IMG/VR virus record: IMGVR_UViG_3300035689_000007
Span: 14,635-78,634 of that record
Direction: 5' to 3' (one strand)
DNA: 64,000 nucleotides
Origin: a virus
Position 1 is the stretch's first letter. Each line of letters opens with the position of its first letter. The notes under the pieces are model-generated. The model worked only from the letters and a program-made list of their open reading frames with translations, did not search any database and had not been told where the DNA came from. Of the stretch, positions 1 to 9,339 are shown one piece after another. The translations under genes and the position numbers were made by a program.

Positions 1-144
1 AAAGAATCAAAAGTACAAATAAAACGTCAACTAGGCAGAATATACAAATTGTCATTTCCCAAAATTACAGAAAAGGACATTGGAGATATGACAATAGAAA
101 AAATACAAACATCCATTTTGTCAAATATGAAAGGAACATATTGA
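1..144 (+). CDS. C-terminal end of DNA primase (Toprim-type), truncated by window edge
   Basis: Frame 1 open from base 1: KESKVQIKRQLGRIYKLSFPKITEKDIGDMTIEKIQ...TY*. KDIGDM resembles the KD(P/I)xD motif at the end of DnaG Toprim domains. TGA overlaps the next ATG (TGATG). Confidence 0.55.
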   Translation, partial: KESKVQIKRQLGRIYKLSFPKITEKDIGDMTIEKIQTSILSNMKGTY

Positions 145-890
145 TGGCTAAAATAATAGCTATATCTGGAAGAAAACAGTCTGGTAAAAATACTGTAGCT
201 AATTTTATTACTGGGTCTATTCTGAAAAATAAGGGTATGATCCAAGATTTCAATATAAATAATGATGGTAATCTTGAGATAAAAACTACCAATTCTAAAA
301 ATGAAGTTGGTTGGGGCGTACTAGATTTAATGAGAAAAGATGAAATTTTTATTAACTATGCAGAAAATGAATTGTGGCCGCACGTAAAAATCTATCACTT
401 TGCTGATCCACTAAAAGAGATTTGCACAAATCTATTTAATATAGATACAAAAACTGTTTATGGTAATGATAAACAAAAAAATAACAAAATCAATCTTAAC
501 TGGGAAGATATGCCAGAAAATCATGATAGTAAAAAGGGACGCATGACTGCTAGAGAATTCATGCAACATTTTGGCACAAATATATTAAGAAAAATGAAAG
601 ACGACATTTGGGTACAAGCTACAATCACTAGAATATTTGGTGAAAATTCAGAAATTGCTATTATACCAGATGTCAGATTTCCAAATGAAATAGAAGCAAT
701 TAAAGACAATGGCGGAACTGTTATCAGACTTACAAGAAATGTATTCAACGATCCACACCATTGTGAGAGTATTCTAGATAAAAATGTGTATGATTGGTCA
801 AACTTTGATTATGTAATAGAGAATCATGGTGTATCTGTCAAAGATTTGACATGCGAGTTGAACAAAATTAATAACCTCTGGAACATATAA
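144..890 (+). CDS. deoxynucleoside monophosphate kinase (T4 gp1-like)
   Basis: P-loop ISGRKQSGKNT, then FADPLKE, TAREFMQHFGT and IIPDVRFPNE motifs typical of phage dNMP kinases. Confidence 0.9.
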   Translation: MAKIIAISGRKQSGKNTVANFITGSILKNKGMIQDFNINNDGNLEIKTTNSKNEVGWGVLDLMRKDEIFINYAENELWPHVKIYHFADPLKEICTNLFNIDTKTVYGNDKQKNNKINLNWEDMPENHDSKKGRMTAREFMQHFGTNILRKMKDDIWVQATITRIFGENSEIAIIPDVRFPNEIEAIKDNGGTVIRLTRNVFNDPHHCESILDKNVYDWSNFDYVIENHGVSVKDLTCELNKINNLWNI

Positions 891-891
891 T

Positions 892-1911
892 ATGATTGTA
901 ACATATATTCGGTCTTCTAGTTATAATAACTACTCGTATTGTGAAATGCAGTATTTCATAACGTATGTGCTTGGATACCAACCGGTTAGTGGTAAAAAGG
1001 CAGATTTAGGAACAATTACCCATAAGGTTATGGAAGTATTAGCAAAGCTAAAAAAAGAATTACAGGATAATCATAATCAAAAAACTTTACTAGTCAATGA
1101 TGACGCATTGGGAAAAATCAGTACATCTAAATCAGATTTTTCTAGTGATAAGCTAGTAGATAAAATACTGGACAAAAGTTTTAGTTTCTATTCGTCTAAA
1201 TCTACTCATACTTTTACAAAAGCCGATAAAAATACATGCTTAGATATGTGCTGGTCGGCTTTAAGTTTTAACAATGGACAATTTGATCCAAGAAATAGAA
1301 ATATAGTTGCAGCAGAGCCTCATTTTGATATTCCAATAGATGAAGATTGGGCGCACTACGAATATGAAATAAATGGTAAACTTATTAAAGGGCAACTGGC
1401 TATTAAAGGCACAATAGATCTAGTAACTGAAATTTCTAATGGCACACTTGAGGCTGTAGATTGGAAAACTGGTAAAAGGCTAGATTGGGCAACTGGTGAG
1501 GAAAAAGACTACGAAAAATTAAATAAAGATCCACAATTACTACTCTATAATTACGCCCTATCCAAGTTATTTCCAGAATACGAACAGTCAATAATGTCCA
1601 TCTTTTTTATTAAGGATGGAGGTCCATTTTCTCTATGTTTTGACAAGTCTGATCAAGACAGATTTCTTAGTATGCTAAAAGACAAATTCTCAGATATACA
1701 GAAAAATAACCTACCAAGACCAATATCTGTAGATCGTACCAATTGGAAATGCACTAAATTATGCCACTATTGTAAGACAAATTGGCCCGAAACGGATAAA
1801 AATATGTGTATCTATATAGACGAGTACTTAAAAAAACACGGAATGCAAAAAACTGTAAACGATTGTACAAGATCTGGATTTGACATAGGATTTTATGAGG
1901 CTCCGGGTTGA
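892..1911 (+). CDS. PD-(D/E)xK exonuclease, Cas4/RecB/AddB-like, with probable Fe-S cluster
   Basis: GTITH, AAEPHF, GTIDLV, AVDWKTG and QLLLY motifs; N-terminal Cys (YCE) plus C-terminal CTKLCHYC. Confidence 0.85.
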   Translation: MIVTYIRSSSYNNYSYCEMQYFITYVLGYQPVSGKKADLGTITHKVMEVLAKLKKELQDNHNQKTLLVNDDALGKISTSKSDFSSDKLVDKILDKSFSFYSSKSTHTFTKADKNTCLDMCWSALSFNNGQFDPRNRNIVAAEPHFDIPIDEDWAHYEYEINGKLIKGQLAIKGTIDLVTEISNGTLEAVDWKTGKRLDWATGEEKDYEKLNKDPQLLLYNYALSKLFPEYEQSIMSIFFIKDGGPFSLCFDKSDQDRFLSMLKDKFSDIQKNNLPRPISVDRTNWKCTKLCHYCKTNWPETDKNMCIYIDEYLKKHGMQKTVNDCTRSGFDIGFYEAPG

Positions 1912-1912
1912 A

Positions 1913-2770
1913 ATGTCAAAATTATTAACCATAGGAATGGCTACTTATGATGATTTTGATGGTGTTTACTTCACCATACAGGCTCTTAGGTTGTATCACC
2001 CAATCTGTAATTCTGGAGATGTGGAAATTATTGTAATAGATAATAATCCAAATTCAAATCACGGTGCCACTAATAAACAATTTATCAGTTGGGTCAAAAA
2101 TGGTAGATACATTCCATACACTCTAAAAACAAGCACGGCGATCAGAAATGAAATTTTTAAACAGGCCCAAGGCAAGTACTGCATATCTATGGACTGCCAC
2201 GTATTGCTTTGTGGGGGCGCTATTGAAGCATTGCTAAAGTACTATGAAGTCAATCCAGACTGCAAAAATATCGTACAGGGACCACTAGTTTACGATCATC
2301 TAGATTTTGATTCTGCGTCAACACATTTTAATCCGTGTTGGGATTCTTGTATGTATGGCAAATGGGCAACCAATCATGAAAAACTCAATGAGGGAAAACC
2401 GTTTGAGATTCCTATGCAGGGTTTAGGAGTGTTTTCTTGCGAAACAAAAAATTGGGTGGGTTTTAATAAACATTTTAAGGGTTTTGGTGGAGAAGAAGGA
2501 TATATTCATGAGAAGTTTAGACAATTTGGTGGCAAGGCAATATGTCATCCAGAATTTACTTGGGTGCATAGATTCAATAGACCAAATGGTGTTAAGTATC
2601 CACTAATCTTAGAAGATAGAATATGGAACTATTTTGTTGGGTGGTTAGAGTTGACCCAAGATCCAAATCATACAATTATCCAAGAAATATATAATCATTT
2701 CAAAGATAAGATTCCAACAGGCAGTATAGATAATATTTTTCAAATGGCAAAAAACAAAATTTTAATATAA
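1913..2770 (+). CDS. glycosyltransferase family 2 (GT-A fold)
   Basis: LTIGMATYD, EIIVIDNN, RNEIF..AQGKY, MDCH (DxD-like), GFGGEE. Confidence 0.85.
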   Translation: MSKLLTIGMATYDDFDGVYFTIQALRLYHPICNSGDVEIIVIDNNPNSNHGATNKQFISWVKNGRYIPYTLKTSTAIRNEIFKQAQGKYCISMDCHVLLCGGAIEALLKYYEVNPDCKNIVQGPLVYDHLDFDSASTHFNPCWDSCMYGKWATNHEKLNEGKPFEIPMQGLGVFSCETKNWVGFNKHFKGFGGEEGYIHEKFRQFGGKAICHPEFTWVHRFNRPNGVKYPLILEDRIWNYFVGWLELTQDPNHTIIQEIYNHFKDKIPTGSIDNIFQMAKNKILI

Positions 2771-2779
2771 GGAGATATC

Positions 2780-3769
2780 ATGCCCCTTCCAAACAGAAAT
2801 AAAGATGAAAAAAGAGACGATTTTGTTGCTAGATGTATGCAAAACGACACAATGAAAAGTGAATATCCAGATCAAGCTCAAAGAGTAGCTATATGTATTA
2901 GGCAGGCTACCGCTGATTGTAGCATGATAGAAGCAGCAGACTTCGAATTACAAATGGAATCTGGATATGAAGAAGAATTGACAGAAGATAATTTCTACAT
3001 ACCCGTAGCAGCAGAATATGTAGATTTTGGAGAAACAGCAGAAGAATGGGATTGTGCTAAAGAACGTCCCGGATTGTGGGAGAATATTAGAAAGAAAAAG
3101 GAAAGAGAAGGTAAAAACTATAAGCCAGCAAAGCCGGGAGATCCAGATAGACCAGATAAAGACGCTTGGAAAAAAGCCCAATCCGATAGCGGAAACGAAA
3201 TGGCTATTGAACAACTACAAAAAATGCATGATCAATTAATGGGAGTTGTCATGAAATTAAAACTTATGGAAGTTGAATTTCAAGATTGGACAAAAGATAT
3301 GATTTCTAAAGCAGAAGTATATATTCAAAATGTCTTTGATTTTGTTACATATTATGAACCCGGAAAATATGAAGACGAATATGTAGAGGAACCATCAGAA
3401 ATAGAAGATGAGGAAACAGAATCTAAATATCAATATGAAGATCCAGTTACTAGAGAAGTATTTACATATACGCAGAGAAAAACATACAAAAAAGATGGCA
3501 AGACTTTAATCTATCTAGGTGAAGCTAGTGAATATCAAGGTAGAAAGGTACAACTAAATAAGCCATTTAGAACACCAAAGGGTCCAAAAAAGTTTAGCGT
3601 ATACGTTAAGAACGAAAAGGGTAATGTGGTCAAGGTAAATTTTGGTGATCCAAATATGAAAATAAAGAAAAATATACCGGAACGAAGAAAAAGCTTTAGA
3701 GCAAGACACAATTGTGATAATCCCGGCCCCAAGTGGAAGGCTAGATATTGGTCATGCAAAGCTTGGTAA
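2780..3769 (+). CDS. modular phage protein with C-terminal DUF6321-like module (possible internal head protein)
   Basis: AGGAG RBS; C-terminal KKFSVYVK...KVNFGDPNM...RRKSFRARHNC...ARYWSC and other short modules recurrent in large-phage proteins. Confidence 0.6.
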   Translation: MPLPNRNKDEKRDDFVARCMQNDTMKSEYPDQAQRVAICIRQATADCSMIEAADFELQMESGYEEELTEDNFYIPVAAEYVDFGETAEEWDCAKERPGLWENIRKKKEREGKNYKPAKPGDPDRPDKDAWKKAQSDSGNEMAIEQLQKMHDQLMGVVMKLKLMEVEFQDWTKDMISKAEVYIQNVFDFVTYYEPGKYEDEYVEEPSEIEDEETESKYQYEDPVTREVFTYTQRKTYKKDGKTLIYLGEASEYQGRKVQLNKPFRTPKGPKKFSVYVKNEKGNVVKVNFGDPNMKIKKNIPERRKSFRARHNCDNPGPKWKARYWSCKAW

Positions 3770-4005
3770 AGAAATGGAAGGATCATCTCGACTCTAATAA
3801 CATGACATACTGTGAACATTGGATGTTTGCAGTGTGTCATGGGTTGAGATGTATAAAAGCCGGATTTTGTCTTATATTACATGGTAATTTTCCATGTTTT
3901 TTAGTGCATACTGGTAGTGAATTGATACATAAATTAGAACAAGATTTTACTAAGAGAGAAAAGGATATTGATGATGAAAAAACCAATACTAAGACCGTTA
4001 AGTAA
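3754..4005 (+). CDS. small DUF6356-like protein
   Basis: HLDSNNMTYCEHWMFA...ILHGNFPCF matches the HL..xxYxEH...hH.hhP pattern of this family as recalled. Confidence 0.55.
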   Translation: MQSLVKKWKDHLDSNNMTYCEHWMFAVCHGLRCIKAGFCLILHGNFPCFLVHTGSELIHKLEQDFTKREKDIDDEKTNTKTVK

Positions 4006-4054
4006 TGGCCCTAGATCTTCTGACAAAGAACCAAAAAAAAGACCTCTCTTGCCG

Positions 4055-4083
4055 TTGAAAAATTCTTGATCGTAGGGTAAGAT
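4055..4083 (+). promoter_or_regulatory. sigma70-like promoter upstream of dnaE-N
   Basis: TTGAAA (4055-4060), 17-nt spacer, TAAGAT (4078-4083); AGGAG RBS at 4106-4110 before TTG start at 4120. Confidence 0.55.
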
Positions 4084-4119
4084 AGAGTATCGACACGTTG
4101 CACATAGGAGAAATATACA

Positions 4120-5712
4120 TTGAATTGGTTTCCACTTAAAAACTTGACACATTACAGTTTGTTAAAAGCGTTTTCTAAGCCAAAAGAATTAGCATCTCTA
4201 TGTGCTAAGTTCGATTATCCAGCCTGTGGAATATGTGATTATAAATCTATATCTGGTGCAGTGTCGTTTTTTCAAGCTTGTAAAAATGTTGGTATAAAAC
4301 CAATTATTGGCTGCACGTTTGATAATAACACCGTGTTTGCAAAAAATAAAAATGGATGGCTGGATCTAATTACTCTTGTATCTTCAATGGATGATAACGG
4401 TCAAATACCAAATGACATCGTTCAAGATATCAACGATAGAAAAAATCTTATATATGTAAATGAGATCGGCATTAACAATAGTTTTTATACTAAACCGGAA
4501 CATGCGAACTTACACAGAGTATTATTATGCTCAGAATTAAAGACTACACTTCCAAAGATTCAAAAGCAGGTTCGTAAAGGAGAATTATCTGAAGATATAT
4601 CAGACTACTTTAAAAGTGATAATAAGCATATTGTTCCACAAAAAGTATGCAAGAAATTACAAGAAGTTTATAACACATGCGAGGATTATGACATTCTTAG
4701 TAAGCCAATTTTACCAAAGTTTGAGTGTCCAAATAATTTATCCGAAGAGGAATATCTTAAAACGTTGGCTAGGAATGGATGGAGAGAATTGCTAATTAAC
4801 ACTGGCAAGGTAAAAGACAGTCATAACAAAGATATCTATCTAAAAAGATTTAACCTAGAACTAGAAGTAATTAAAAATGCAAACTTGTTCGGATATTTTC
4901 TCATAGTACAAGATATTATGAACTATGTCCAAAAAATGGGATGGATGATAGGACCGGGAAGAGGTTCTGCCGCAGGGTGTTTAATATCATACCTTATAGG
5001 TATAACACAAATAGATCCAGTAGAATATGATTTATTGTTTGAAAGGTTCTATAATGCTGGCAGAAATTCAGATGATCATATATCATTACCAGATATAGAT
5101 ATGGATGTGCCAGCACAAAAAAGAGATTCTGTAATACAGTACTTAAAAGAAAAATATGGACATCAACATGTAAGTCAAATGATCACTTTTGGAAGATTGC
5201 AGGGAAGAAGTGCCATCAAAGAAGTATTACGAATTAATGAGGCTTGTTCTTTTGCTGAGATGAATGCTATCACAAAGAGTGTTCCAAATGAAGCAGAAAT
5301 TTCAGATCAGCTTGCAGAGATGGATGATGAAGATCGATCAATTATCAAGTGGTCACTAATAAATAGATCTAAAGAATTACAAGATTTCTGTTATCTAGAT
5401 GATAATGGAGCATTGCAGGGACAATATTCTGAATTTTTTCAACAAGCAATAGAAATAGAAGGGACATTTAAAACACAAGGCAAACACGCTGCCGGGGTTG
5501 TTATATCAGCAAATCCTCTGAATGGTGTATGCCCAATGGTTAAACCAAAACATGGTACAGAAAAGGTGGCTGGACTAGAAATGTCGGACTTAGAGGCTTT
5601 AGGTCATGTTAAGTTTGATGTTCTTGGGATTAATCTGTTAGATAAGTTGATGAAAATTAAAGACATAACAATGAACGATACTAACAAAGCATCGGAGACA
5701 ATATATGGCTAA
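4120..5712 (+). CDS. dnaE: DNA polymerase III alpha, N-terminal fragment (degenerate PHP + palm/thumb)
   Basis: HYSLL, GIKPIIG, GPGRGSAAG, LLFERF, PDIDMD, GKHAAGVVI, KFDVLG; ends shortly after the third catalytic Asp. Confidence 0.95.
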   Translation: MNWFPLKNLTHYSLLKAFSKPKELASLCAKFDYPACGICDYKSISGAVSFFQACKNVGIKPIIGCTFDNNTVFAKNKNGWLDLITLVSSMDDNGQIPNDIVQDINDRKNLIYVNEIGINNSFYTKPEHANLHRVLLCSELKTTLPKIQKQVRKGELSEDISDYFKSDNKHIVPQKVCKKLQEVYNTCEDYDILSKPILPKFECPNNLSEEEYLKTLARNGWRELLINTGKVKDSHNKDIYLKRFNLELEVIKNANLFGYFLIVQDIMNYVQKMGWMIGPGRGSAAGCLISYLIGITQIDPVEYDLLFERFYNAGRNSDDHISLPDIDMDVPAQKRDSVIQYLKEKYGHQHVSQMITFGRLQGRSAIKEVLRINEACSFAEMNAITKSVPNEAEISDQLAEMDDEDRSIIKWSLINRSKELQDFCYLDDNGALQGQYSEFFQQAIEIEGTFKTQGKHAAGVVISANPLNGVCPMVKPKHGTEKVAGLEMSDLEALGHVKFDVLGINLLDKLMKIKDITMNDTNKASETIYG

Positions 5713-6385
5713 TAGAGACTATATCATTTTTGACTTTGAAACCGGATCTAGAAATCCACACAAAACTCAACCAACCCAAATTGCCGCAATAGCACTAGAT
5801 GGAAGAAATTTTTCAGTCAAAGGTACTTTTAATAGTGAAATATGTCCAATTTTTGATGAAGAAGAAGCAATAAAACTTGGATTAGATCCAGTAGAAGATG
5901 AAGCTCTCAAAATAACACATAAAACAAAAGAACAGCTAGAACAAGCTCCAGATGTAAAATCTGTTTGGAAAAAATTTGCTAAGTTCGTAGAACAATACAA
6001 TTGGAAAAATGATCCATTTTTTAATCCTGTTCCAGTAGGATTCAATATTATTGGGTTTGACATGATTATTGTGAATAGGTTGTGTCAAGAATATGGCCCT
6101 TGGGACAAACAAAAAAACGTACAGAAAATATTTAGTAAAGTCTATAAGATAGATATTATGGATATGATATTTTCTTGGACTGAGGGCGATCCAAGCATAA
6201 GATCAATAAGTATGGATTCTTTAAGAGACATTATGGGATTATCAAAAGATAATGCACATGACGCATTACAAGACGTAAAAGATTCAGCAAATATCTTCAT
6301 TAAGATGATGAAAACCCATAGAGCGGTTTATAGAAATATAGAATTTGAACAAGCTTTTGCTAATGGAAATTTATATGTCAAATAA
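5705..6385 (+). CDS. dnaQ: DnaQ-like DEDDh 3'-5' proofreading exonuclease
   Basis: ExoI FDFETG, ExoII GFNIIGFD, ExoIII HDALQD. Confidence 0.9.
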   Translation: MANRDYIIFDFETGSRNPHKTQPTQIAAIALDGRNFSVKGTFNSEICPIFDEEEAIKLGLDPVEDEALKITHKTKEQLEQAPDVKSVWKKFAKFVEQYNWKNDPFFNPVPVGFNIIGFDMIIVNRLCQEYGPWDKQKNVQKIFSKVYKIDIMDMIFSWTEGDPSIRSISMDSLRDIMGLSKDNAHDALQDVKDSANIFIKMMKTHRAVYRNIEFEQAFANGNLYVK

Positions 6386-7058
6386 TATAGTAGCTTTTAG
6401 TAATTACGATAATAACTTTTCGGCTGTTAACAGTATAACATATCCACACAATAAAACATACTTTGATAAGCATGACATAGAATATATTGTGTTTAATAAC
6501 AGCGCAATAAATATGATTAAAACATCTAGTCAACATGTAACTAAGTGCTATTATATTAAGTGGTTATTACTTCAACACATGCTAGAAACAAGGTATGATG
6601 TTGATTATTTTTTTGCTATAGATACAGATATAATCATATGTGACTTTGATATAGATTTAAGGCTTTTTACTAAGCTATCGAATAGGGATATTTTGTTGTG
6701 TTCTGTAGAAGACTGTTCGCCAAATATGTTTTGGAATATAAATGCTGGATCTATGATTGTAAAAAATAGCGATGCTGTTAAATCTTTCATACGTGCATAT
6801 TTAGAGATAGCAAAATTGTACGACTATAATATTATTGACCAAGTACTATTGCAGGGATTTATAGATAAAAAGCCAGAATACAGACATCTATTTGCTATAT
6901 TTCCATCTTGCACATTTAATCACGGTGGAGTTGATTCATTCTTATATCACGATTGTAGCATTAGTACATCTAATAGATCTTTAGAAGAATGTATAGCAAC
7001 AAAGACACGCAATTTAAAAACCGCTATTAATAAACTAACCAATAAACATGAACAATAA
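6375..7058 (+). CDS. GT-A fold glycosyltransferase (GT34/galactosyltransferase-like)
   Basis: YFDKHDIEY, KWLLL, FFAIDTD (DxD), INAGSMIVKN, IDQVLL. Confidence 0.7.
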   Translation: MSNNIVAFSNYDNNFSAVNSITYPHNKTYFDKHDIEYIVFNNSAINMIKTSSQHVTKCYYIKWLLLQHMLETRYDVDYFFAIDTDIIICDFDIDLRLFTKLSNRDILLCSVEDCSPNMFWNINAGSMIVKNSDAVKSFIRAYLEIAKLYDYNIIDQVLLQGFIDKKPEYRHLFAIFPSCTFNHGGVDSFLYHDCSISTSNRSLEECIATKTRNLKTAINKLTNKHEQ

Positions 7059-7422
7059 ACAAACAATACAACATAGAAAAAAATGGATAGATACATATAA
7101 AATATCCAGAGGTTGCGATATTTGTGGCTACAATAAGCATCCAGCCAGTTTATGTTTTGATCATTTGCCTAATTTTGAGAAAGCAGAAATAACTAAAAAC
7201 GGATGTTCAAAAAGAAGTTGTGCTGGTGGTATGTTTATGATGTATGGTAAAAAATACGATGTTGAAGAGTTGATTTCTGAGATCAAAAAATGTAGAATAC
7301 TGTGTCACAATTGCCACATGGAGTGTACCCATAAAAAAAACATACATCTCAATATTATTCCAGAAATGACAGTTGAAGATTTATTCACAAAGTTGAGAAA
7401 TGAAAACTATGAAATACAATGA
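7048..7422 (+). CDS. HNH-type Zn-binding endonuclease (free-standing)
   Basis: CDICG, CFDH, EIKKCRILCHNCH..H. Confidence 0.75.
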   Translation: MNNKQTIQHRKKWIDTYKISRGCDICGYNKHPASLCFDHLPNFEKAEITKNGCSKRSCAGGMFMMYGKKYDVEELISEIKKCRILCHNCHMECTHKKNIHLNIIPEMTVEDLFTKLRNENYEIQ

Positions 7423-8968
7423 TGATAAAACATGGCAGCTATTTGCAGAAGGCAAAACTAAGGGAATCTTTCAATTAGAAAGCAACCTTGGAAAGTCTTG
7501 GTCTAAAAAGTTGGCCCCAACAAACATAGAAGAATTATCTGCTTTAATTGCTATTATTAGACCGGGATGTTTAAAAGCATATGTAGATGGAAAATCTATG
7601 ACACAACATTTCGTAGATAGAAAACACGGAAGAGAAGAGATAACATATCTTCATCCATCGCTAGAAGAAGTGTTGAAAACAACATATGGCGTTCTAGTAT
7701 ATCAAGAACAATCTATGCGTATAGCACAAAAAATAGCTGGATTTGATTTACAAGAAGCAGATATGTTAAGAAAAGCCATAGGAAAGAAGAAGGCTGATCT
7801 TATGGCTAAAGTGAAAAAGTCTTTTATAGAGGGTGCTGCAAAGGTTAATATAGTTACTAAAGAAGAGGCAGAAGAAATATTCGGCTGGATAGAAAAATCT
7901 TCAAGATACGCTTTTAATAAGTCTCATAGCATTTCATACGCCGTGTGTTCATATTGGAGTGCTTATCATAAAGCTCATTTTACCAAAGAGTTTTTTCTTT
8001 CTTATTTATACTACGCTCATGAAAAACAAGACCCACATCAAGAAATATATGAATTAGTTTCTGAAGCTAAAATATTTGATATACAGACTAAAACTCCTAG
8101 TGTTAAAAACTTTGCTGAAAAATTCAACATAAAGCATAACAAAATCTATTTTGGATTAAAGGATATCAAATCTTTGAGTGGAAAAAATGGAGACGCAATA
8201 ATAGAAATTATTGGCGAAATACAAAAAGAACACAAGAAAAAAATTCATGAGTTTACTTGGTTAGAAATATTATTATTTATGTCTCCAAGAATCAATTCTA
8301 CAGCATTCAAGGCTTTAGTATCTATTGGATTCTTTAGAGATTTAAAAGATCAAGTAACAAGAAACAAAGCTTTATATGACTTTGAAATCATAAAAACTCT
8401 AACTAAAGCAGAGTTTAATTGGGTACAACAAAATTATCATACTAATAAGTGGGAAGATTTAATATCATGTTTAAGATCTTTAGCACCGACAAAGAAAAAT
8501 GGGGGAGGAACGCACAGTGAGGATAGAAAACAGTCTATAGAAAATGAAATCAACTTATTAATTAATCCTCCGTATGATTTAGAAGATGATCCAAACTGGA
8601 TTATTGATCAAGAAACTAAATTCTTAGGATGTCCCGTCAGCATGACTAAGATAGAAATATCAGACACATCATCCGCAAATACTTACTGTAAAGATATTGT
8701 TAATGGAAAACGTGGTAAAGATTTGTGCATTGTGGGTAATATAGTTAAGTTGTCAGACTATAAAATCAAGAAAGGTGAATCAAAAGACAAATTAATGTCA
8801 TTTTTGACTATTGAAGACGAAACTTGTATTCTAGATAGTGTAATAGTTTTCCCAAAAGTTAAAGAAAAATATAAGTATATCCTATACGAAGGTAATAATT
8901 TACTTTTTTGCGGCTCTGTAAGCGGACAAGATAATGCTTTCATAGTTGATAAAATTCATGAAATTTAG
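7409..8968 (+). CDS. dnaE: DNA polymerase III alpha, C-terminal fragment (fingers, HhH, OB fold)
   Basis: GIFQLES, IIRPG, TYGVLVYQEQ, LRKAIGKKK, YAFNKSH, FGLKDIK, MSFLTIED; alternative start at 7400. Confidence 0.95.
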   Translation: MKYNDDKTWQLFAEGKTKGIFQLESNLGKSWSKKLAPTNIEELSALIAIIRPGCLKAYVDGKSMTQHFVDRKHGREEITYLHPSLEEVLKTTYGVLVYQEQSMRIAQKIAGFDLQEADMLRKAIGKKKADLMAKVKKSFIEGAAKVNIVTKEEAEEIFGWIEKSSRYAFNKSHSISYAVCSYWSAYHKAHFTKEFFLSYLYYAHEKQDPHQEIYELVSEAKIFDIQTKTPSVKNFAEKFNIKHNKIYFGLKDIKSLSGKNGDAIIEIIGEIQKEHKKKIHEFTWLEILLFMSPRINSTAFKALVSIGFFRDLKDQVTRNKALYDFEIIKTLTKAEFNWVQQNYHTNKWEDLISCLRSLAPTKKNGGGTHSEDRKQSIENEINLLINPPYDLEDDPNWIIDQETKFLGCPVSMTKIEISDTSSANTYCKDIVNGKRGKDLCIVGNIVKLSDYKIKKGESKDKLMSFLTIEDETCILDSVIVFPKVKEKYKYILYEGNNLLFCGSVSGQDNAFIVDKIHEI

Positions 8969-8997
8969 TTGTTTTTTTGATGTGTACCAGCTAAAAT
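8969..8997 (+). promoter_or_regulatory. sigma70-like promoter upstream of ssb
   Basis: TTGTTT (8969-8974), 17-nt spacer, TAAAAT (8992-8997); AGGAG RBS before ATG 9016. Confidence 0.45.
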
Positions 8998-9015
8998 ATA
9001 AAGATAGGAGTTAAT

Positions 9016-9339
9016 ATGAATAATTGTTGTTTTACTGGCTATTTAGTTGATAATCCTAATACTTCTGTGGTAAACGATGTTGTATTAGCAGAATTTACAA
9101 TAGTGGTATATACTTATCGTAGAACTAAAAGTACTGGAGAAAAAAGTAGAATTCCAACATATATAAAGTGTGAAGCTTGGCATACTGGGGCAGAAACTAT
9201 AGAACGGTTTGCTACGAAAGGTACTAAAATCAGTATACAAGCATCTGCTAAAAATCCGTCAAAAAATAGTGATGATATAATTTTTAGAGTTAATGAATTC
9301 GATTTATGTGACACAGAAGACTTTGAGGATTGTATATGA
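9016..9339 (+). CDS. ssb: single-stranded DNA-binding protein
   Basis: MNNCCFTGYLVDNP...FTIVV...YIKCEAW..GAE...KG OB-fold pattern with acidic C-terminus. Confidence 0.8.
   Translation: MNNCCFTGYLVDNPNTSVVNDVVLAEFTIVVYTYRRTKSTGEKSRIPTYIKCEAWHTGAETIERFATKGTKISIQASAKNPSKNSDDIIFRVNEFDLCDTEDFEDCI

Noticed and set aside
892-1911. CRISPR-Cas locus suggested by the Cas4-like gene
   Set aside because: No repeat-spacer array or other cas genes visible
5668-7430. Weak similarity ACAATGA..GATA at the end of dnaE-N and start of dnaE-C as a target-site duplication
   Set aside because: Too short and AT-rich to distinguish from chance
5600-7460. Split intein or group I intron joining the dnaE halves
   Set aside because: No Cys/Ser-initiated intein N-block after the N-extein, no HN/C terminus before the C-extein, and the interval is fully occupied by overlapping ORFs
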